DNA of 64,000 bases from Dehalococcoidia bacterium (lineage in GTDB: Bacteria > Chloroflexota > Dehalococcoidia > Lucifugimonadales > UBA826), in assembly GCA_029936675.1 (NCBI GenBank), contig JAPYSB010000002.1, positions 116,681-180,680 on the forward strand, given 5' to 3'. How positions within the stretch are numbered: the stretch's first letter is position 1; each line of letters begins with the position of its first letter. The translations under genes were made by a program, and so were the position numbers. Positions 8,720 through 17,283 of the stretch are shown here, in pieces. The notes under the pieces were generated by a model that saw nothing but the letters and a program-made list of their open reading frames with translations, was not told where the DNA came from and ran no database searches.

Positions 8720-10897
8720 ATGTTTAAGTGGAAAGAGATTTTAGGTACAAAGGTGCTAATAGGCCTTTCTGCAGCTGCTTTACTAGCGGCAGGGATAGCC
8801 TGTGGCTCTTCTGACGATGATGCTGCACCTGCTGCTGCACCTGCTGCTGCACCTGCTGCTGCGCCTGCTGCTGCACCTGCTGCTGCACCTGCTGCTGCGC
8901 CTGCTGCTGCTGCACCTGCTGCTGCGCCTGCCTCAAAGGCACCAGTGGAACAAGTCAGCACCACTATTACCATCGTGTTTGACAACGTAGGAACACCACA
9001 GTTTAGAAACGTTAAAGGCACATGGCCTGACGTTCTATTCCACGGGTTCTTCGGTTTCCAAGAGCCTTTGCTCGGGTGGGAACCAACGTTTGACGACAAA
9101 GGCAACGCAATCCGGGATACAGGCGAAGCTTGTCACGCCCCATACGTAGCCGATTCCTGGGAATGGATACTTCCTGCTAAAGACGGCAGTGGAGACATAA
9201 CCATGGATGGTAAATTACAAGACAAAATGGATCTGGTTGACCTAAGTGACCCAGACAAGCAAGGTACTATAAGAGTTCATGTCCATGAGGGTATTGATTT
9301 CTACAGAATAGTGGACGGTGACATGGTCAAGATTGGACCATTAACTGCTGAAGACGTTGCATGGTCCTTCAACGACGCTGGTGCTGAAGACATTAGCTCG
9401 GCTCACTCAAACTCCTCTCAGGCGTATGAGTACTACCAGCCCTGGAAAGCCGTTGACACATACATTGCTGAGGCACCAAACAGAGCTTTCGTTGGAGATG
9501 GGCTACAAGATGCCTCCTCAATTTGTCAGGATGCCATATGGATGCAGTCCAAGGCACTCCAAGATGAAACAGGAGACACATTCGGTATTCCGCACGGATC
9601 AGGTCCTTTCGTAGTAAGCGAATGGCTACCAGCTGAAAGAATTGAAGCAATCGCCAGGGTAGATCACTGGAAACGGTCCGCTGCATTCGACAAAATTGTT
9701 TTCTTACAGGCTAACGAAGCTCAGCAGCGTTCTGCTATGCTCCAAACTGGGGCAGCTGACATAGCCATGGCATCAATCCAGGACGTCGGTCGACTTGAAA
9801 AGGACGGATTTGCGTTCAATGAAGGCTTGGATGCCATTAATGGTAATTTCTACTACTTTGCTGGAAACTTCTGGTCCTTTGCATATCCACCAAACTCTAA
9901 ACTTGGCGAGGACGATTTGTCCGGTAAGCCAGTGATGAGACAAGGGTTCCTACCATCGGATAAGTATCCTTGGATTGGTGACCCTAGATTGGAGTGTGTG
10001 GGCATCGACCGATCAGACCCAGCCATACAGGACACCCCTGGCGCTGGCTGTGAAGTAGCCAATTTTGAATACACATTTGATGGTTCGGACTCTAAATTTA
10101 CTGCTGACTCAGTGGGATTCGACTTTACCGATACCGATAGGTTTTCCTATGAAACTCCGTCTATGTTGAAGGCTAAGGCATTCCGGAAGGCTCTTGCGTA
10201 TTCCATTGACCGTGAGCTAATTGCTGCCTCGGTTACAGGTGGGTACGGTGGAGCCGTATACGGTGGAGCTGCCCCAGGAATGGACTTACACCAGCTACAC
10301 CCTGAATATAACTCAGATTGGACATATGCGTTTGACCCCGATAAAGCCAAGGCTTTCTTGGCAGAATCTGGAGTGCAGCCAGGGTTCGAATTTGAATTCT
10401 TCTGTTCACAAGGTAACGGTACTTCACTTGAAGTATGCGAAGCTGTAGTTGGACAATGGAAAGAGCATCTTGGGCTTGATCCTTTCATAGACAGCACACA
10501 GTACTCATCCCGACGTCCAACAATGTTGGGTAGACAGATTCATGTTCCTTGGATGACCCGATGGGGTCCTACCAGTAAACACGGTAGGCTAGGAAATGGT
10601 GGTGGCACTTACGGTGGTGGCCAATGGCCTCTCCCTGCTGGTGGATGGAATCCAGGTCTTGAAAATAATAATTACTGGCAATTCCGTGAAGAGACACGAG
10701 TGCAGAAAAAGGGTGGTCCTGAAAACCTAGCAAGTAGGGCTGTACAAAAAGCATGGTCATACGACATGACATTGTCGACTGGTACAGTAGAGGTTCCGGT
10801 TTTGATCGGATACAATCCGGATACAGTAGCAAGCTGGGACTTGGCACCGTACGAACTTCCTAACTCGTTCGAGACAATAGTCCCTGCTGCGAGGTAG
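8720..10897 (+). CDS. ABC transporter substrate-binding lipoprotein, family 5 (peptide/nickel/opine type)
   Basis: Signal peptide with lipobox-like GIAC-G, then a long (AAPA)n linker. SBP_bac_5-like core (GSGPFVVSEWLPAERIEAIARVDHWKR). Two permease genes follow. Confidence 0.85.
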   Translation: MFKWKEILGTKVLIGLSAAALLAAGIACGSSDDDAAPAAAPAAAPAAAPAAAPAAAPAAAPAAAAPAAAPASKAPVEQVSTTITIVFDNVGTPQFRNVKGTWPDVLFHGFFGFQEPLLGWEPTFDDKGNAIRDTGEACHAPYVADSWEWILPAKDGSGDITMDGKLQDKMDLVDLSDPDKQGTIRVHVHEGIDFYRIVDGDMVKIGPLTAEDVAWSFNDAGAEDISSAHSNSSQAYEYYQPWKAVDTYIAEAPNRAFVGDGLQDASSICQDAIWMQSKALQDETGDTFGIPHGSGPFVVSEWLPAERIEAIARVDHWKRSAAFDKIVFLQANEAQQRSAMLQTGAADIAMASIQDVGRLEKDGFAFNEGLDAINGNFYYFAGNFWSFAYPPNSKLGEDDLSGKPVMRQGFLPSDKYPWIGDPRLECVGIDRSDPAIQDTPGAGCEVANFEYTFDGSDSKFTADSVGFDFTDTDRFSYETPSMLKAKAFRKALAYSIDRELIAASVTGGYGGAVYGGAAPGMDLHQLHPEYNSDWTYAFDPDKAKAFLAESGVQPGFEFEFFCSQGNGTSLEVCEAVVGQWKEHLGLDPFIDSTQYSSRRPTMLGRQIHVPWMTRWGPTSKHGRLGNGGGTYGGGQWPLPAGGWNPGLENNNYWQFREETRVQKKGGPENLASRAVQKAWSYDMTLSTGTVEVPVLIGYNPDTVASWDLAPYELPNSFETIVPAAR
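8822..8932 (+). repeat. In-frame 12-bp tandem repeat (gctgcacctgct, ~9 units) encoding the Ala/Pro linker of the SBP
   Basis: Read directly. Units at 8822, 8834, 8846, 8858, 8870, 8882 and 8894, one extra gct, then 8909 and 8921. Only a/g wobble differences. Translates to AAPAAAPAAAP... Confidence 0.95.
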
Positions 10898-10919
10898 TAA
10901 GTAAAAGTAAACAGGTAAA

Positions 10920-10959
10920 CACTGACGCATTTGCGATAGTTAGAGCAGGTGCGTCAGTG
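10920..10959 (+). promoter_or_regulatory. Intercistronic stem-loop between SBP gene and first permease gene
   Basis: cactgacgc (10920-10928) pairs perfectly with gcgtcagtg (10951-10959). 9-bp stem, 22-nt loop, no U-tract. Confidence 0.5.
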
Positions 10960-11028
10960 AATCTTCAAAACCCGTCCGTTGGATAATTGACGAACAACTT
11001 TGTGAACAACTGCGTTCAGGTATATCTA

Positions 11029-11976
11029 ATGAGAGTATTCATAATAAGACGATTTTTGTTCCTCATTATGGCCATTTTGGCGGCCACTTTGATTGTGTTT
11101 GCTCTCTCTCGCCTTCAAGGTGATCCTCGGAATGTGATGTTAAACGTTGGTTATGTGTCACCAGAACAGTGGGAGGCATGGGGTGAAGACTTTCACTTGG
11201 ACAAGCCATTAGTTGTTCAGTACGTCATATGGGTCAGTAAGGGATTCTTCCAGGGCGATTTTGGTGATTCACTTAAAACAGGTAAGCCTGTGCTGGAAAT
11301 GGTCAGAGGTTTTGCACCAGCGAGTTTGCAACTTGGACTCGCTGCAACACTTTTCGTCCTTTTAACAGGAATCCCGATAGGGGTTCTGTCAGCTGTCAAA
11401 AGGGGCACTATCCTAGACGCCGTAGGCAGGACATTTGCGGTATTCGGGCAAGCTTTACCTCCTTTTTGGCTTGGTATTATGCTCATTCTGATTTTCTCAG
11501 TTAACCTAGACTTGCTGCCCTCCGGTACCAGGGGACATGATTCGACCGGTTTTTTTGACAAACTCACGTATTACATAATGCCTGCAGTAACTCTCGGGTG
11601 GCTCGCCTCAGCCGGCTTAATGCGGCTTGTGAGATCCTCCATGCTTGACGTTCTTGACTCTGAATATATCAAGCTGGCAAGAGCAAAGGGTGTAAATAAT
11701 CGCAGCGTCATATGGAGACATGCCTTTCGAAATGCCCTAATTCCCCCATTGACCTTCTCTGCACTGATTCTAGTTGGTTTTATTGGCGGCACGGTGGTAA
11801 CTGAAACTGTTTTTGCATGGCCAGGTTTAGGTCAGATGACCTATACGGCCATACTCAATAACGACTTCCCTCTTATGACAGGGGCAGTATTGGTTTTTAC
11901 TATTGTCTATGTTTTCGCCGTATTTTTGATCGATATTCTATATGCGGTCATCGACCCCAGAATCAGATACACGTAA
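11029..11976 (+). CDS. ABC transporter permease (DppB/OppB-like)
   Basis: N-terminus MRVFIIRRFLFLIMAIL is typical of this family. Conserved SEYIKLARAKGV and WPGLGQ, C-terminal DPRIRY. Start moved to ATG 11029. The longest ORF starts at 10987. Confidence 0.9.
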   Translation: MRVFIIRRFLFLIMAILAATLIVFALSRLQGDPRNVMLNVGYVSPEQWEAWGEDFHLDKPLVVQYVIWVSKGFFQGDFGDSLKTGKPVLEMVRGFAPASLQLGLAATLFVLLTGIPIGVLSAVKRGTILDAVGRTFAVFGQALPPFWLGIMLILIFSVNLDLLPSGTRGHDSTGFFDKLTYYIMPAVTLGWLASAGLMRLVRSSMLDVLDSEYIKLARAKGVNNRSVIWRHAFRNALIPPLTFSALILVGFIGGTVVTETVFAWPGLGQMTYTAILNNDFPLMTGAVLVFTIVYVFAVFLIDILYAVIDPRIRYT

Positions 11977-11985
11977 GGACTTCTT

Positions 11986-12966
11986 TTGACTACATCAACA
12001 GATAAGATGACTCTCGCTGAGCTAGAGAAATCTACGCAATATTCAAGGTTTTCTAGAGCAATCTATGTGCTCCGGCGTTGGCCTCTTATCCCTTTCTTCA
12101 TTTTGGGAGTTCTTATTGTTTGTGCTGTTTTCTCCCCATTAATAGCACCCTATGATCCAGAGAAAGACCAATTGAGGGCGGTTTTGGCTATGCCTGCTTG
12201 GGCTGAACCCTGTGAAGTGGGTCAATTAAGTAACAAATTCCTGCCATGTAATACAAATGGTATTGGCCTCGGAAAAGACGAGAAGGTCTACCATTTCCTC
12301 CTCGGGGCAGATCAGTTAGGTCGTGACTTATTAAGTCGAATCATTTATGGAGCCCGCCTTTCGTTGAGCCTTGCTGCCGTAGCCATAATTATTGGAACAA
12401 TATTTGGTACCACGGTGGGCTTGGTAGCAGGATACTATGGCGGCTTTATTGATGAAATCATTATGCGGATCGTTGACGTCTTCAATGCTATCCCGTACCT
12501 ACTGCTTGCAATCGCGTTAGTTTTTGTATTAGGACAGAGTTTTACGGTAGTAGCTTTAGTATTGGCTCTTGGAGCTTGGGCCGGAATAGCTAGGCTTGTT
12601 AGGGGTCAAACTTTGCAAGTGAGAAATTTTGACTATATCTCCTTAGCGCGAGTGGCGGGAGCATCGACACCAAGAATAATGTTAAAACACCTACTTCCAG
12701 CAGTGGGCAATACTGTTGTTGTTGCCACCACATTGCAGGTGGGAAACACCATCCTCTCCGAAAGTATTTTGTCCTTTTTGGGAGCAGGAGTACCACCTCC
12801 GACACCTTCCTGGGGTGCTGACATTTCCAACGGGAGGGAATACCTCGGATCCGCTTGGTGGGTAGCTTTCTTCCCGGGTATTGCTATTTTCCTCACCGTA
12901 CTGGCGTTTAACTTCGTTGGCGATTGGCTACGTGACAGGTGGGATCCAAGACTTCGGCAAATTTAG
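11986..12966 (+). CDS. ABC transporter permease (DppC/OppC-like)
   Basis: HFLLGADQLGRDLLSRIIYGARLSL, DYISLARVAGASTPRIMLKHLLP, LSFLGAGVPPPTPSWG, C-terminal DPRLRQ. TTG start. An alternative ATG lies at 12007. Confidence 0.9.
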   Translation: MTTSTDKMTLAELEKSTQYSRFSRAIYVLRRWPLIPFFILGVLIVCAVFSPLIAPYDPEKDQLRAVLAMPAWAEPCEVGQLSNKFLPCNTNGIGLGKDEKVYHFLLGADQLGRDLLSRIIYGARLSLSLAAVAIIIGTIFGTTVGLVAGYYGGFIDEIIMRIVDVFNAIPYLLLAIALVFVLGQSFTVVALVLALGAWAGIARLVRGQTLQVRNFDYISLARVAGASTPRIMLKHLLPAVGNTVVVATTLQVGNTILSESILSFLGAGVPPPTPSWGADISNGREYLGSAWWVAFFPGIAIFLTVLAFNFVGDWLRDRWDPRLRQI

Positions 12967-13106
12967 TCTATTTAAGTACCCAGAGGAAAAATCCCGATTT
13001 TCCCGTCCAGAAATCTGTGTGTCCAAATTTACCAGGGTGTTGATTAGCTCTATAATTTGCCATGCGATTGATAGTAATGACTGACTGAGAAGGGAGACAA
13101 AAGAAT

Positions 13107-13487
13107 TTGGTAAAGTGGGTCATAGTTCTCCTGGTGGGCATAGCCGTGATTCTGATTGGGTCTGCCGGCAGAATTCCTTTCACTGATATAAGTCTTGCTT
13201 TATCTGAAGAAACGAGGCTGAAGGCGGCTGAAGAACATACTCCTAGTCTTTCAAGGTCTGAAGCCCTTTCTAGAGTGAAAACCTATTTATCTGAAGAATG
13301 TGCAAATGGACCTGGATACTTATTAAACAAACATCGGTTCGATGCTACGTGGATGAGAATGCCACGTACTGATGATCACCATGTGCGTGGAATGAATGAA
13401 TGGACTATAAATGACCAGTCATCCGGGGCAATGTGGCGGTTTTATGAGGATACAGGCGAAATTATAACTGTCCTTGGTAACTGTTAA
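13107..13487 (+). CDS. Hypothetical membrane-anchored small protein (possibly PepSY-like)
   Basis: N-terminal hydrophobic anchor WVIVLLVGIAVILIGSA, then a ~95-aa soluble part ending WRFYEDTGEIITV (a PepSY-like ending). TTG start after AAGGGAG. No firm family assignment. Confidence 0.4.
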   Translation: MVKWVIVLLVGIAVILIGSAGRIPFTDISLALSEETRLKAAEEHTPSLSRSEALSRVKTYLSEECANGPGYLLNKHRFDATWMRMPRTDDHHVRGMNEWTINDQSSGAMWRFYEDTGEIITVLGNC

Positions 13488-13528
13488 CTCGGCTAAAATA
13501 AGCTTCACACAAGAATTTTGGACAAGTA

Positions 13529-13888
13529 TTACATCTCTTTATGAAACAGTGATCTGTATAGGAAAAACAGCGAAGCCAGAACGTTTCCTCCTAGAACTGC
13601 CGCTAATAACATTTTTTTTAAAATGTCTCCCAAAGATACCACCGGCACCCTAAGTGATGGGCCGAGCAAGGTAGTTCCAACATCGATATTTGAAAAGTTC
13701 ACGATCAGAAGCGGTAGGCAAATTGTAAATAAAATTACAAGACCTGCCTGAATAATCATTATGATTCCAGAGCTTTCTGTATTCCACCACATTAAAGACA
13801 CAGTGATACCCACAGGTATTCCAATAACTAAACTCTGTCTTAAGTAATAGGCATTTTGGTCTACTCCACTCCCGTCAAAGAAAAACAC
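13529..13888 (-). CDS. Hypothetical polytopic membrane protein (N-terminus uncertain)
   Basis: Several hydrophobic helices. The annotated GTG start falls inside a helix. The frame stays open 35 more codons upstream (to 13993) with no ATG/GTG/TTG. Confidence 0.4.
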   Translation of the reverse strand: MFFFDGSGVDQNAYYLRQSLVIGIPVGITVSLMWWNTESSGIIMIIQAGLVILFTICLPLLIVNFSNIDVGTTLLGPSLRVPVVSLGDILKKMLLAAVLGGNVLASLFFLYRSLFHKEM

Positions 13889-14201
13889 CCAGGATATAAA
13901 CCCAGCAAACGAGGAAAAAATCAGCCCAAGAAAAAATCTGGCTGTGAAGGATGAAACGACGATTGGTATTTTTATTTTTATCTTCCTATTTAATTAGAGA
14001 AAAGAGTCTTATTGGGGAAACCGGGTCCCCAGTAATTTATTCTGGTTGAATATAACTCCTATTGCAATACTAGTTCCCTTTATTTATCATGGGCATCATA
14101 TACCTGTAATTCCACTACCAAGGCGCTACTAAACTAGAGGTCGACGGTAGAGGGTGGGGTTTGAACGAAGATACGAAAAATGAAGTCAGGGGGTAAATCT
14201 C

Positions 14202-16157
14202 ATGAAAATTCTGAGTAAATGGGGGATTTCAGTTGTTACACTGATAGCTCTCATGTCTCTAGTTTCAGTGGCTTGTGGTGGCTCAGATGACGAAGCTGAA
14301 CCAGCGGCAGCGGCAGTGGCAGCTCCAGCAGCAGCCTCGGCAGCAGCTCCAGCAGCGGCTGGAAAAGTAACTGTCACTTTCGCGATTGCAGAAGTTTCTG
14401 AACAGTTTGGTGATTATCCAGTCCAGCCTTACGGGGCTAGCCCGGGTGAGCTGAATATGGGCTATTACGATCAATTGCTAGTCCACGACGGGACTGACCC
14501 TTTATCCCCATTCCTTGCTACGGAATGGAGCATAAATGATGCAGGCAACGAACTCACCTTAAAGATAAGAGAAGGGGTTAAATTTAATACCCCTGAAGAA
14601 TTCTCTTCCCATGGAGACTTCGGAGAATTAACTGCACACGACGTTGCATGGAACCTTAATAGGCAGAATGCAATGGTCAACCCGGACATACGATCTGGTC
14701 TTGGCGCACAGCTTGGTGGTACTTTTGGTGAAGCTGTTGCCTCAGACGATTACACTGTTACAGTCCCCATGATTACCGAAATTTTCTGGGGAATACCAAT
14801 CAGTGAATTCGATATAAACGACACCACAGTCGTCATAGACAGTAAAAATGCCTTTGATACAGTCGGGGCAGAAGCGAAAAAACTAGTTCCAGTTGGTACG
14901 GGACCATTCACGATTGGTGAGTGGGAACCCAATAGCAGGGGAACAGTACACGCTATACCGACGCACTGGAGGGAAACGTCCCATATTGGAACATTTATCG
15001 TCGTCCAGGTGCCAGAAATCACCAGCAGGCTTGCTATGATGCAGACCGGTCAGGCAGACCTTGGTGAAATAGACTTTGCACGACTCCCTGAACTCCCTGG
15101 AATGGGCTTAAAGTTCATTACCACCATGTCTGACAAGGACACAATGACCTTGAGCGTTATATGGCCGGGTAACTTATGGACCGATTTAAATGCAAAAACT
15201 GGCGAAGCTCTGACTCCTTGGGAATCTGAGGTGTTCGCCGTTGACCATCCATGGATTGGATGCCCTTGGAAAGACAAGTGTCCATATGATGATACTGACA
15301 ACCCAGATGGAATCAGCGACATGGAACAAGCTCGGCTCGTGCGATGGGCCCTTGGCATGGCTATTGATAGGGAAGGAATTAACGACGTTCTTCAAGGAGG
15401 GCTCGGAACTCCAATCTACCAAGAGTTGATGGGACCCAAGTTCCCAGGCTGGGATCCAAGTCGTACAGTTACAGCCGCTGCTATTAAGGGCTACCACGAT
15501 AAATACGGTGGGACTGATTGGGTAGAATACGATGTCCCTGCTGCGGAGCCAAATTACAAGTGGCCTTGGAAGATACCTACAGATTTGACCGAAGCAGGAC
15601 GCCTACTTGACCTAGCCGGATACCCCAAAGGGTCAGACGGTGTACGGTTTGAAATCAAGATGAATAAATACCGCTGTGAAACAGGGGACGTTTGTCTTGA
15701 ACAGGCTGACGCAGTGGCCGCTGGATGGGAAGAACTCGGAGTCAAAACTACTCTGTTAACTGAAGAATATGGAGCAGTGGTCGTTCCAAGAATGGCTAAT
15801 AGGACTCAGGCTTACCCGGTGGTTAAAAACTGTAGCGTGGAGACAGCCAACTACCCACTAGACTGGCCGCCCCCACCGTCCGACAGTACATTCAGCCGAC
15901 CTAGCTGGGGTTGTTCTTTTGAGAGCAAGTACCTTGACTACATGTACGTCAACATAAATGGTGAACGCAGCAAGGCAAAAAGAGAGGCGTTACACCTAGA
16001 CATGGTTGATTACTATTACTACTGGCAATTGTACGGCGGAATGGTGCAGCCTCCTCGAGGTGTTGCAGCCAATCCTGACACGATAGAATCGTGGTCATCG
16101 CGATCAACAGCTGCTGGCGCTTGGGGCAGACCTCAACACATAGTGCCTGCCAAATAG
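14202..16157 (+). CDS. ABC transporter substrate-binding lipoprotein, family 5 (second paralog)
   Basis: Signal peptide with SVAC-G lipobox, then an Ala/Pro-rich linker EPAAAAVAAPAAASAAAPAAAG. SBP_bac_5-like core (GTGPFTIGEWEPNSRGTVHAIPTHWR). Strong RBS GGGGG upstream. Confidence 0.85.
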   Translation: MKILSKWGISVVTLIALMSLVSVACGGSDDEAEPAAAAVAAPAAASAAAPAAAGKVTVTFAIAEVSEQFGDYPVQPYGASPGELNMGYYDQLLVHDGTDPLSPFLATEWSINDAGNELTLKIREGVKFNTPEEFSSHGDFGELTAHDVAWNLNRQNAMVNPDIRSGLGAQLGGTFGEAVASDDYTVTVPMITEIFWGIPISEFDINDTTVVIDSKNAFDTVGAEAKKLVPVGTGPFTIGEWEPNSRGTVHAIPTHWRETSHIGTFIVVQVPEITSRLAMMQTGQADLGEIDFARLPELPGMGLKFITTMSDKDTMTLSVIWPGNLWTDLNAKTGEALTPWESEVFAVDHPWIGCPWKDKCPYDDTDNPDGISDMEQARLVRWALGMAIDREGINDVLQGGLGTPIYQELMGPKFPGWDPSRTVTAAAIKGYHDKYGGTDWVEYDVPAAEPNYKWPWKIPTDLTEAGRLLDLAGYPKGSDGVRFEIKMNKYRCETGDVCLEQADAVAAGWEELGVKTTLLTEEYGAVVVPRMANRTQAYPVVKNCSVETANYPLDWPPPPSDSTFSRPSWGCSFESKYLDYMYVNINGERSKAKREALHLDMVDYYYYWQLYGGMVQPPRGVAANPDTIESWSSRSTAAGAWGRPQHIVPAK

Positions 16158-16166
16158 ATTCGCACA

Positions 16167-16200
16167 TACATCCGCGCAGCTTAAACCCTGCGCGGATGTA
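16167..16200 (+). promoter_or_regulatory. Intercistronic stem-loop between second SBP gene and its permease genes
   Basis: tacatccgcgcag (16167-16179) pairs perfectly with ctgcgcggatgta (16188-16200). 13-bp stem, 8-nt loop, no U-tract. Confidence 0.55.
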
Positions 16201-16310
16201 TAACTAACAGAGCCGTGAACCCCCTTCCTTAGTTTGCCTCTTATACACAAAGTTCGGTGCACCTGTACCGCGGAGGACAAAACCTTTCCGTAAGGGTTTT
16301 AGTTTATTTA

Positions 16311-17273
16311 ATGAGTCGCTTTTTAGTCCGCCGACTATTTTCGATGTTCATCTCAATCATAGGTGCGACTATTTTTATCTTTTCCCTAACCCGAGTTGGC
16401 CCAGATCCCCGTTATCTATACATACCTCAAACTGGCGGGATAGGCATTCAAGAAGATTTATGGGAGAAGTTGGGTGAACAATTAGGAATCAATGACCCCA
16501 TACATGTCCAATACGGCAAATGGGTATGGAGAATGCTTCAAGGTGACATGGGGGAATCCATAGGCACTCTGCGCCCTGTTAGCGATATTATCTGGCAGCA
16601 TCTTCCTGCCACCTTATGGCTTGCCTTGGGTGCATGGATATTTGCTGCGGTTGTAGGTCTCTCAATGGGAATACTTGCGTCCGTAAAACGAGCCACCATT
16701 TGGGATTACCTGGCAAGGGCGTTTGCTTTGGTAGGGCAGGCTACACCCCAATTTTTTACTGGGGTATTGGCCATTATGGTTTTTTCTGTCTACATGGGCT
16801 GGTTCCCAGCCGGTACTAGAGGTAATCATGACGGATTTTTCCTTGCATGGGGTAATCTCAAATATTACATACTTCCATGGATGGTATTAGGATGGCCCGC
16901 CGCCGCAGGCATAATGCGACTAACCCGCTCATCGATGCTGGAAATACTAGATTCAGAATACATAAAACTCGCTAGGGCGAAAGGTGTAGCCAACCTACCG
17001 TTAATTTGGAAACATGGACTGAAAAACGCAATCATACCGCCATTAACTTCAATGCTTGTACTACTCGCTGACTATCTTAACGGTGCATTAGTCGTCGAAA
17101 TAGTGTTTTCATGGCCTGGTTTAGGACAGGTAGCACTCAACCAGGCAGTGTACGACAATGATTGGCCTTTGCTTGTTGGAACCGTGTTTTCGTTTATTGG
17201 AATATATGTATCCTTCGCATTTATAGCTGACTTGCTTTATGCGATTATAGATCCAAGAATAAGATACAGCTAG
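16311..17273 (+). CDS. ABC transporter permease (DppB/OppB-like, second paralog)
   Basis: MSRFLVRRLFSMFISIIGA start, SEYIKLARAKGV, WPGLGQ, DPRIRYS. Start moved to ATG 16311. The longest ORF starts at 16257. Confidence 0.9.
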   Translation: MSRFLVRRLFSMFISIIGATIFIFSLTRVGPDPRYLYIPQTGGIGIQEDLWEKLGEQLGINDPIHVQYGKWVWRMLQGDMGESIGTLRPVSDIIWQHLPATLWLALGAWIFAAVVGLSMGILASVKRATIWDYLARAFALVGQATPQFFTGVLAIMVFSVYMGWFPAGTRGNHDGFFLAWGNLKYYILPWMVLGWPAAAGIMRLTRSSMLEILDSEYIKLARAKGVANLPLIWKHGLKNAIIPPLTSMLVLLADYLNGALVVEIVFSWPGLGQVALNQAVYDNDWPLLVGTVFSFIGIYVSFAFIADLLYAIIDPRIRYS

Positions 17274-17283
17274 GTTAATATTT

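Noticed and set aside
8822-8932. Possible CRISPR-like or regulatory tandem array
   Set aside because: The units are contiguous 12-mers with no spacers, lie in frame within a CDS and translate to a linker. No cas genes occur anywhere in the window.
8680-9105. Three overlapping ORFs (8680..9105 -, 8724..8942 -, 8802..8990 +) with poly-Ala, poly-Gln/Val or poly-Leu/His repeats
   Set aside because: All are alternative-frame or antisense readings of the 12-bp (AAPA)n microsatellite inside the SBP gene. The SBP frame has the signal peptide, lipobox and family core.
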